NCBI GenBank assembly: GCA_051866635.1
Contig: JBJDXJ010000052.1
Span: 14,744-78,743 of the forward strand
Source of the DNA: Clostridia bacterium
GTDB lineage: Bacteria > Bacillota > Clostridia > UMGS1883
Length of the DNA: 64,000 nucleotides
Direction: 5' to 3'
Every line of letters starts with the position of its first letter. Position 1 is the stretch's first letter. The translations under genes were made by a program, and so were the position numbers. Below are positions 56,751 to 64,000 of the stretch, piece by piece. Under the pieces are notes generated by a model, which was given only the letters and a program-made list of their open reading frames with translations, was not told the DNA's origin and made no database searches.

Positions 56751-57863
56751 GTGAAACGATTATTATTTACATTGATGTTTTTATTCCTGTTCTTTACTGA
56801 AGTTGCTTATGCACAAAACGTGGAGATTTCAGCAAAAAGTGCAGTGGTGATAGACTCGGGATCAGGGCGTGTCCTTTTTGAAAAGGATGCATACATACCC
56901 CTTCCCATGGCAAGCACCACTAAAATAATGACCGGTCTTTTAGCTGTTGAAATGCTGAATTTGAATGATATTGTAACTGTAAGTGCCCATGCTTCAGGTA
57001 CCGAAGGCTCATCTGTGTGGCTTGAAACAGGCGAACATATATCTTCTTATGATTTGCTTTACGGTTTAATGTTATCAAGCGGTAACGATGCCGCTGTTGC
57101 TTTGGCAGAACATATAGCCGGAAGTGTTGATGCATTTACTGTTTTGATGAATAAACGTGCAAAGGAAATAGGTGCAAATAACACAAATTTCACAAACCCA
57201 CACGGTTTACCTGATGATAATCACTATACAACAGCTTATGATTTGGCTAGGATAAGTCGCATTGCAATGAATAATAAGACCTTTCGTGAAGTTGTATCTA
57301 CAAAAAATAAGACTATTTCATGGGAAAATTCACAGTGGAACAGAAGTTTGACAAACCACAACAAGCTCTTAAAAATGTATGATTATGCAATCGGAATAAA
57401 AACCGGGTATACAAAGAAAGCAGGACGGTGTTTAGCCTCTGCCGCAAAAAAGGACGGGAGGGAGCTTATTATAGTAACTTTGTCAGACCCTGACGATTGG
57501 AACGACCATATTCGTTTATACAATTACTGCTTCGACACATATTTACCCTATACATTGTGTAAAAAAGGTGAAAATGTACTTTGTTATAAGCCCAAATCAA
57601 AAGGTGCTGAAAGTATTGATATAACATATGGCGAAGATTATGTGGCAAGCCTTTCTGAAGAGGAAGAGAAGAATATAACGCGTAAACTGAAATTGAATAT
57701 TACATTTCCCGTATCTCCTAATCAAAAGGTGGGGGAGTGTGAACTTTATTATTATAACGAAAAAATCGGCAGTGTAAGTCTTTTGGCGAAAAATGAATCC
57801 TATCCTGACAGAGGACTGCCCGATATTATAAAACAATTGATGAAGGGAATTATACTGCAGTGA
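56751..57863 (+). CDS. dacB: D-alanyl-D-alanine carboxypeptidase (serine-type, PBP5/DacB-like)
   Basis: Signal peptide. SxxK (MASTTK), SGN and KTG motifs. Start set to GTG 56751 with an aagga RBS. Confidence 0.8.
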   Translation: MKRLLFTLMFLFLFFTEVAYAQNVEISAKSAVVIDSGSGRVLFEKDAYIPLPMASTTKIMTGLLAVEMLNLNDIVTVSAHASGTEGSSVWLETGEHISSYDLLYGLMLSSGNDAAVALAEHIAGSVDAFTVLMNKRAKEIGANNTNFTNPHGLPDDNHYTTAYDLARISRIAMNNKTFREVVSTKNKTISWENSQWNRSLTNHNKLLKMYDYAIGIKTGYTKKAGRCLASAAKKDGRELIIVTLSDPDDWNDHIRLYNYCFDTYLPYTLCKKGENVLCYKPKSKGAESIDITYGEDYVASLSEEEEKNITRKLKLNITFPVSPNQKVGECELYYYNEKIGSVSLLAKNESYPDRGLPDIIKQLMKGIILQ

Positions 57864-58582
57864 GATTACAGAAATATATGGCAATGTGTGCCGTTGCATC
57901 ACGGCGTGCCAGTGAAGAAATTATTAAAAGCGGTAGGGTAAAAGTTAACGGTGAAGTCATTGATTACATGGGCTATGAAGTTGATGAAGACAGTGATATC
58001 GTAGAAGTTGACGGAATTGTAATTAAGCCCGAAGCTAAGAAGTTCTACATCCTTTTAAATAAACCAAAGGGCTACGTTACAACAGTAAGCGATGAATTTG
58101 ACCGTCCTACTGTTATGGAACTGGTTAAGGATGTACACGCCAGAATTTATCCCGTAGGCAGACTTGACTATGACACGGCAGGACTGCTTATTATGACAAA
58201 CGACGGAGATTTTGCAAATACTCTTACACATCCCAGTCATAATGTAAACAAAGGCTATATTGCCAAAATCAACAAAATGCCCGATAAAGAAGCACTTGAT
58301 ACTTTAAAAAAAGGCGTTTTGCTTGACGGCAAGCTTACAGCACCTGCAAAGGTTGAAATATTAAAGCCAACAAAATTCAATTGTGAAATAAAAGTTACTA
58401 TCCACGAAGGCAGAAACCGTCAGGTAAGACGAATGTTTGAAGCTATCGGTGCAGAAGTTACTTCTCTTAAACGAATTTCTGTAGGAAATGTAACTTTAGG
58501 CAATCTTCCAGAAGGAAAATGGCGACATTTAAACGATGCAGAACGCCAAAGGTTAATGGGAAGAGGTTCAAAAAGAAAATAA
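57860..58582 (+). CDS. rluB: 23S rRNA pseudouridine synthase (RsuA/RluB family)
   Basis: S4 domain followed by the GRLDYDTAGLL catalytic motif. Confidence 0.85.
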   Translation: MRLQKYMAMCAVASRRASEEIIKSGRVKVNGEVIDYMGYEVDEDSDIVEVDGIVIKPEAKKFYILLNKPKGYVTTVSDEFDRPTVMELVKDVHARIYPVGRLDYDTAGLLIMTNDGDFANTLTHPSHNVNKGYIAKINKMPDKEALDTLKKGVLLDGKLTAPAKVEILKPTKFNCEIKVTIHEGRNRQVRRMFEAIGAEVTSLKRISVGNVTLGNLPEGKWRHLNDAERQRLMGRGSKRK

Positions 58583-58617
58583 ATTTTATAATATAAAATT
58601 TTCAGGAGGTATAAACA

Positions 58618-60111
58618 ATGAGCATGGATGAAAAGCTCGATATGCGTAATCGCACTAAGGCAAATATTGCTTTGGGCGGTGGTGCAGAAAAGCAAAATAA
58701 AGTTAAAAGTTCAGGTAAAATGCTTGCCGGCGAAAGAGTAACAGCTCTTTTTGACGAAGGCAGTTTTATTGAACTTGATGCATTTGTTTCTGCTCGAAAT
58801 AACTTTACTGCAGCAGACGGTGTTGTCACGGGTTACGGAACTGTAGACGGCAGATTGACTTTTGCCTACGCACAGGACCCTACAGTAATCGGTGGTTGTA
58901 TCGGTGAAATGAACGCAAAAAAGATTTGCAAAGTATATGATATGGCTTCAAAAATGGGTGCACCTGTTGTTGGCATTTTAGATTCTAACGGTGCGAGATT
59001 GGAAGAAGGTGTTTTGGCACAGGCGGCTGTGGGAGAAATCATGTCTTGTGTGGCACGTGTGTCAGGTATTGTTCCCAACATAAGCGTTGTTTTAGGCACC
59101 TGTGCAGGTTCTTCTGCAATAATTGCCGAAATGAGCGATTTTGTTATTATGAGTGAAAAAGAAGGGGCAGAACTTTTTGTTAATTCACCTTCCGTTGTCA
59201 CTGCATCTACAAACAAAAAGTATGAAGCAAACGCAAAGGCAAATGCTTTTGTTTCAGGCAATATTCACTTTACAGGTAAAGATGATGCCATGTGTTTGGA
59301 AGTATGTAAGCTTCTTTTAAGCTATCTTCCCTCAAACAACCTTTGCGATGCTCCTGAATTTGACTGTTCTGACGATTTGAACAGGGTTTGTGAACCCTTC
59401 GTGGATGTTGACGGTGAATATGATGTGAGAAGCCTTATTGCCAACATCGCAGATGATGGTGCTTTTATGGAAAGTCAGGCAAATTACGCAAAAGGAGCTG
59501 TTACAGGCTTTATTCGCCTTAATGGCACTACTGTAGGGGTTGTGGCAAATCAGGGAAATGAAGAGGGTGCACAGCTTTCAGGACAGGCTATTGAAAAAAT
59601 GGCAAGGTTTGTTCGCTTCTGTGACTCATTCAACATCGGTATTCTTACATTTACTGATGTTGAAGGCTTCAAAGTAAGTGCCGACGAAGAAAACTGGGGA
59701 TTGGCAAGAAAGAGTGCAAGACTTCTTTATGCCTTTACTGAAGCGACAGTTCCTAAGGTTAATGTAATTGTAAAGAAGGCTTACGGCGGTGCTTATGTCG
59801 CAATGAATTCCAAGCAGACAGGTGCTGATATTGTTTTGGCTTATCCCACAGCACTTATTGCCGCAATTGCACCTTTGGCAGGCGTTGGTGTACTTTATTC
59901 TGAAAGACTTCATGCAGGCGAGAGCAGAGATGCTTTGGTCGAAGAATATAAGGATACTGTTGCATCACCTTATAATGCGGCAAAGATGGGCTTTGTTGAT
60001 GATATTATTATTCCTTCCGAGACCCGTCCCAGAGTTATAGCAGCATTTGAAATGCTCAGAAGTAAGCGTGTAAACGCTCCTTCAAGAAAGCATGATAATA
60101 TGCCGCTTTGA
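58618..60111 (+). CDS. mmdA: acyl-CoA carboxyltransferase (methylmalonyl-CoA decarboxylase alpha / propionyl-CoA carboxylase beta family)
   Basis: Carboxyl_trans domain with tandem crotonase-like halves. ~500 aa. Confidence 0.8.
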   Translation: MSMDEKLDMRNRTKANIALGGGAEKQNKVKSSGKMLAGERVTALFDEGSFIELDAFVSARNNFTAADGVVTGYGTVDGRLTFAYAQDPTVIGGCIGEMNAKKICKVYDMASKMGAPVVGILDSNGARLEEGVLAQAAVGEIMSCVARVSGIVPNISVVLGTCAGSSAIIAEMSDFVIMSEKEGAELFVNSPSVVTASTNKKYEANAKANAFVSGNIHFTGKDDAMCLEVCKLLLSYLPSNNLCDAPEFDCSDDLNRVCEPFVDVDGEYDVRSLIANIADDGAFMESQANYAKGAVTGFIRLNGTTVGVVANQGNEEGAQLSGQAIEKMARFVRFCDSFNIGILTFTDVEGFKVSADEENWGLARKSARLLYAFTEATVPKVNVIVKKAYGGAYVAMNSKQTGADIVLAYPTALIAAIAPLAGVGVLYSERLHAGESRDALVEEYKDTVASPYNAAKMGFVDDIIIPSETRPRVIAAFEMLRSKRVNAPSRKHDNMPL

Positions 60112-60126
60112 TAAAGGAGTGTTGGT

Positions 60127-60492
60127 ATGAACATATATGATCTTACTACTCCCGGTGAAATAATCGCTTATGGCGTCGTTGTAACAATTCAGGGTATTTT
60201 GGTTGTATTCCTTATCCTTATACTCATTATGCTTGTTATATACGCTATGGGATTATTGTCAGGAAATAAGAAGTCTGAAAAGAAATCTCAAGCTCCTGCC
60301 ACTAAAGTCGAGGCTGAAGTAAATACGGTTGAGGAAACAGTGGATGAGAGTGAACTTATCGCAGTTATTACAGCTGCTGTTGCCGCTTGTATGGGTACAA
60401 GCAGTGCAAGTGTAAATATCAAAAGCTATAAAAAGGTTTCTTCCGCTTGGAGCAATGCCGCAAAGCGTGAAGTTCTTGATAACAAATTTTAA
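60127..60492 (+). CDS. Na+-pump decarboxylase small membrane subunit (OadG/MmdD-like)
   Basis: Single N-terminal TM + Ala-rich linker. Position between the CT and BCCP genes. Confidence 0.6.
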   Translation: MNIYDLTTPGEIIAYGVVVTIQGILVVFLILILIMLVIYAMGLLSGNKKSEKKSQAPATKVEAEVNTVEETVDESELIAVITAAVAACMGTSSASVNIKSYKKVSSAWSNAAKREVLDNKF

Positions 60493-60507
60493 GGAGGTAC
60501 ATATCAG

Positions 60508-60867
60508 ATGAGAAAATTTATTATAAACGTAAACGGTAATTCATATGAAGTTGAGGTTGAAGAAGTAGGTGCTACTGCCTCTGCTCCTGTTCAGGTTGCT
60601 ACAACAGCTTCTGCTCCTATTTCTGCACCTAAGAAGGCAGCTGCTCCCTCAGGTAGCGGTGAACCTGTAAAGGCTCCTATGCCAGGTACAATTCTTGACG
60701 TTAAGGTTCAGAACGGTGCAAAGGTAAATGCAGGTGACGTTCTTGTTGTATTGGAAGCTATGAAGATGGAAAATGATATTAAGGCACCCAAAGCAGGTAC
60801 AGTTACTGTTGTTACTTCTAAGGGCTCCAGCGTTAATACAGGTGACGTTTTAGTTACCATTGCCTGA
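60508..60867 (+). CDS. biotin carboxyl carrier protein (biotinyl domain)
   Basis: EAMKMEN biotinyl-lysine motif. Ala/Pro-rich linker. Confidence 0.85.
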   Translation: MRKFIINVNGNSYEVEVEEVGATASAPVQVATTASAPISAPKKAAAPSGSGEPVKAPMPGTILDVKVQNGAKVNAGDVLVVLEAMKMENDIKAPKAGTVTVVTSKGSSVNTGDVLVTIA

Positions 60868-60882
60868 TTTTATTGACGCAGA

Positions 60883-62163
60883 TTGGAGTGTGAACAAAAA
60901 ATGTTCGATATGTTAGTTGACGGTTTAGGCAGTTTTGCCATGAAAACCGGTATTGCTGACATCGCCTCAAATTTCCTTTGGGATGGAGCAAAGACTCTTG
61001 TTATGATTGTTATTGCATGTGTACTTTTTTACTTTGCAATAGTTAAGAAATATGAACCGCTTTTGCTTTTGCCCATTGCCTTTGGTATGCTTATTGCTAA
61101 CCTTCCTTTAGGCGGTGTTATGCATCCTGAATACTTTATCGACCCTGAATATCTTATAAACGGTAAAGATTTGAATTTTGGTCTGATATTACATGAAGGC
61201 GGTCTTCTGGACCTTTTATACTTAGGTGTTAAGCTGGGCATTTATCCGCCACTTATATTCCTTGGCATAGGTTGTATGACTGACTTTGGTCCTCTTATTT
61301 CCAACCCTAAAAGCATTATTTTAGGTGCGGCGGCACAGCTTGGCGTATTCATTACTTTCTTCTGTGCTGTTCTGTTAGGTGCCTTCGGTATAGCAGGTTT
61401 CGGTTCTGACGGAAATGTGGCTACAATCTTCAAGGAAGCCGCATCTATCGGTATTATCGGTGGTGCTGACGGTCCTACGGCAATTTTCGTAACAAAGACA
61501 TTGGCTCCTTCGCTTTTGTCGGCAATTGCCATTGCGGCATACAGCTACATGGCACTTATTCCCATGATTCAGCCGCCTATTATGAAGCTTCTTACAACAA
61601 AGAAGGAAAGACAGATTGTTATGGAACAGTTAAGACCCGTAACAAAGACGGAAAAGATTATTTTCCCCATTGCCGTTACTCTTATAGTTGTACTTTTGGT
61701 TCCCGATGCGGCAAGTTTGGTGGGTATGCTTATGCTTGGTAATCTGATTAAAGAATCAGGCGTTGCTGAAAGACTTTGTAAAACTGCACAAAATGAGCTC
61801 ATGAATATTGTTACAATTTTCCTTGGTATTACAGTTGGTGCTACTGCAAAGGCCGATACATTCCTTACAGGCAAAACAGTATTTATTATCCTTCTCGGTC
61901 TTGTTGCGTTCTCTATCAGTACAGCAGGCGGATTGCTTCTTGCAAAGCTTATGAGTAAGCTTACAGGCGGTAAGATTAACCCGCTTATCGGTAGTGCCGG
62001 TGTTAGTGCAGTGCCTATGGCGGCAAGAATGAGCCAGCAGGTTGGTCAGGAAGAAAACCCCGCAAACTTCTTGCTTATGCATGCTATGGGCCCCAATGTT
62101 GCAGGTGTTATCGGCAGTGCCGTTGCGGCAGGTGTATTCCTTGCAAACTTTACAGGTATTTAA
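60883..62163 (+). CDS. oadB: Na+-translocating decarboxylase beta subunit (OadB/MmdB/GcdB family)
   Basis: Polytopic membrane protein with OadB-like conserved blocks (GADGPTAIF, LLMHAMGPNVAGVIGSAVAAG). Confidence 0.8.
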   Translation: MECEQKMFDMLVDGLGSFAMKTGIADIASNFLWDGAKTLVMIVIACVLFYFAIVKKYEPLLLLPIAFGMLIANLPLGGVMHPEYFIDPEYLINGKDLNFGLILHEGGLLDLLYLGVKLGIYPPLIFLGIGCMTDFGPLISNPKSIILGAAAQLGVFITFFCAVLLGAFGIAGFGSDGNVATIFKEAASIGIIGGADGPTAIFVTKTLAPSLLSAIAIAAYSYMALIPMIQPPIMKLLTTKKERQIVMEQLRPVTKTEKIIFPIAVTLIVVLLVPDAASLVGMLMLGNLIKESGVAERLCKTAQNELMNIVTIFLGITVGATAKADTFLTGKTVFIILLGLVAFSISTAGGLLLAKLMSKLTGGKINPLIGSAGVSAVPMAARMSQQVGQEENPANFLLMHAMGPNVAGVIGSAVAAGVFLANFTGI

Positions 62164-62182
62164 TAAAGGGAGGTAAATTACA

Positions 62183-63574
62183 ATGGTTAAAATAACAGAA
62201 ACGGTCCTCCGTGATGCTCACCAGTCACTTATTGCTACAAGAATGACAACAGATGAGATCCTGGGTATAGTGGAAAAACTTGACCAAATTGGTTATAATT
62301 CATTAGAAGCGTGGGGAGGAGCTACTTTTGACGCTTGTCTTCGTTTCCTTAATGAAGACCCTTGGGAAAGACTCAGAAAGATTAAAGATAAAGCTAAAAA
62401 TACACCCCTTCAGATGCTTTTCCGCGGTCAGAATATTTTAGGCTACCGCCATTACGCGGATGATGTGGTTGAATATTTTGTACAGAAGTCCATTGCTAAC
62501 GGTATTGATATTCTCCGTATTTTCGATGCATTAAACGATGTAAGAAATTTAAAAACAGCTATTAATGCCGCAATTAAGGAAAAAGGTCATGTACAGGCGG
62601 CAATCAGTTATACATTGAGCGATTTCCATACAAATGAATCATTCATTACTCTTGCTAAACAGCTTGAAGATATGGGTGCAAGCAGTGTTTGTATTAAGGA
62701 TATGGCAGGTCTTTTGACACCGTATGTTGCATACGATCTTGTTTCAGGTATGAAAAAGGCTGTCAAAATTCCCATTCAGCTTCATACACATTACACAAGC
62801 GGTTTAGCTTCTATGACATATCTTAAGGCTATCGAAGCAGGTGTTGATGTTGTTGACTGTGCTATGAGTCCCATGGCTTTAGGTACAAGCCAGCCGCCTA
62901 CAGAATCACTTGTTGCCGCACTTAAAGGTACACAGTACGATACAGGTTATGACCTTAACAAGCTTTCTGAAATTGCAGATTATTTCCGTCCTCTTCGTGA
63001 AGAATATATTAAGAGTGGTCTTCTTAACCCCAAGGCTCTTAGCGTAGATGCAAATACTTTGAAATATCAGGTTCCCGGCGGTATGCTTTCAAACCTTATT
63101 TCTCAGCTTAAACAGCAGGGTAAGGAAGATAAGTACGAAGAAGTGCTTAGGGAAGTTCCCAGAGTAAGAGAAGATGCCGGTTTCCCGCCACTTGTAACAC
63201 CTACAAGCCAGATTGTTGGTACACAGGCTGTTCTTAATGTTATTATGGGCGAAAGATATAAGATGGTAACTAAGGAATTCAAGGCAATGATTAGAGGGGA
63301 ATACGGACAGACTCCTGCCCCTGTAAGTGAAGAATTCAAAAAGAAGATAGTAGGGGATGAGAAGATTATTACTTGCCGTCCTGCTGACTTAATTCCCAAT
63401 GAATTGGATAAGTTCAGAAGCGAAATTGCTGAATATGCAGAACAGGAAGAAGATGTGCTTTCATATGCACTCTTTGACCAGGTTGCAATCAAGTTCTTCA
63501 AATACCGTCAGGGTCAGAAGTATAAGATTGACCCAAATCTTGCAAATACTGAAGAAAAAACACATCCGATATGA
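62183..63574 (+). CDS. oxaloacetate decarboxylase alpha / transcarboxylase 5S-type carboxyltransferase (no fused biotin domain)
   Basis: ITETVLRDAHQSL (HMGL-like TIM barrel) N-terminus. 463 aa. Stops before a biotinyl domain. Confidence 0.8.
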   Translation: MVKITETVLRDAHQSLIATRMTTDEILGIVEKLDQIGYNSLEAWGGATFDACLRFLNEDPWERLRKIKDKAKNTPLQMLFRGQNILGYRHYADDVVEYFVQKSIANGIDILRIFDALNDVRNLKTAINAAIKEKGHVQAAISYTLSDFHTNESFITLAKQLEDMGASSVCIKDMAGLLTPYVAYDLVSGMKKAVKIPIQLHTHYTSGLASMTYLKAIEAGVDVVDCAMSPMALGTSQPPTESLVAALKGTQYDTGYDLNKLSEIADYFRPLREEYIKSGLLNPKALSVDANTLKYQVPGGMLSNLISQLKQQGKEDKYEEVLREVPRVREDAGFPPLVTPTSQIVGTQAVLNVIMGERYKMVTKEFKAMIRGEYGQTPAPVSEEFKKKIVGDEKIITCRPADLIPNELDKFRSEIAEYAEQEEDVLSYALFDQVAIKFFKYRQGQKYKIDPNLANTEEKTHPI

Positions 63575-63639
63575 TTTTAAAATTAAAGAAATGCCCGATA
63601 AATTTTTATCGGGCAACTTTGTTTACAAAGAGGAAAGAA

Positions 63640-64000
63640 CATGCTCAATATAGATGAAAGAATAATAGAATTATCTAAAGAAGTAGAGAGAGAAATAGCT
63701 CCCAAATTTCGTGAAATAGATGAAATTGCTCAGTATAATCAGGAAAAAGTTCTGAATGCTTTTATAAAAAACAGGGTCAGTGACTCTCATTTTAATCATA
63801 CCACAGGTTACGGTTATAATGACATCGGCAGGGAAGTTATTGACAAAATTTATGCCGATACTTTCGGCACGGAGGATGCATTGGTTCGTCACAATATTGT
63901 AAACGGTACACATGCACTTTCGATCGCCCTTTTCGCTGTTTTAAGACCAGGTGATACTTTGCTTGCTGTAACAGGTAAGCCTTATGACACACTTGAAGAA
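63640..64000 (+). CDS. PLP-dependent Cys/Met-metabolism-family enzyme (methionine gamma-lyase/YnbB-like), 3' end outside window
   Basis: ATG at 63640 after a terminator hairpin. N-terminal sequence resembles the YnbB 'aluminium resistance' family. Confidence 0.5.

Noticed and set aside
1-64000. CRISPR arrays, transposases/IS elements, prophage genes, restriction-modification or other recognisable defence systems
   Set aside because: I scanned for regularly spaced direct repeats and for nuclease, ATPase or integrase-like ORFs and found none. The only repeats are the intragenic discoidin repeats and the short ATATCG cluster.

Overview
This is a low-GC Firmicutes (Clostridia-like, spore-former) chromosomal segment, mostly housekeeping and sporulation genes.

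Main gene content:
- Cell wall and sporulation: glf, spmA/spmB, an abrB-like regulator, cwlD plus a pdaA-like deacetylase, a spoIIM-like gene, ytfJ/gerW, a dacB-like carboxypeptidase, a site-2 protease.
- Translation, DNA and chromosome maintenance: gatCAB, mnmA, mtaB, yceD-rpmF followed by tRNA-Arg(CCU), radC, ruvX (yqgF), xerD, dinB, scpAB, rluB.
- Transport, metabolism and others: alr, rubrerythrin, a low-molecular-weight tyrosine phosphatase, azlCD, hydE, nfo, ktrBA, an mreB paralog, aspartate aminotransferase, proC, lysA, a comEC-like gene.
- A partial pur operon (purE-purM-purN-purO-type IMP cyclohydrolase-purH(AICARFT)-purD).
- A five-gene Na+-decarboxylase/transcarboxylase-like biotin enzyme operon.

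Accessory-looking parts:
- A carbohydrate-utilisation block (~9.3-24.1 kb). It holds a secreted 1087-aa GH88/GH105-like hydrolase carrying three tandem F5/8 type C (CBM32-like) modules, a GH43-superfamily beta-propeller protein, and an AraC regulator divergent from a secreted DUF1680 (GH127/146-like) enzyme.
- A small tRNA-Arg-adjacent islet (~29.5-30.9 kb). It holds a GNAT acetyltransferase with a structured leader, an ATATCG-rich repeat cluster, and a ~90-bp duplicated fragment of the neighbouring pdaA-like gene. That fragment supplies the GNAT stop codon, which points to a past rearrangement or insertion.

Two short genes missed by the ORF track were recovered by eye: rpmF (59 aa) and a DUF4250 protein (57 aa). 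Two long structured non-coding leaders are flagged as candidate cis-regulatory RNAs: 33.74-33.97 kb upstream of a zinc-ribbon membrane protein, and 29.83-29.97 kb upstream of the GNAT gene.

No CRISPR array, integrase, transposase or recognisable defence system was seen. I could not identify a clearly novel multi-gene system. The most unusual items are the tRNA-adjacent GNAT/pdaA-fragment scar and the unassigned structured leaders.
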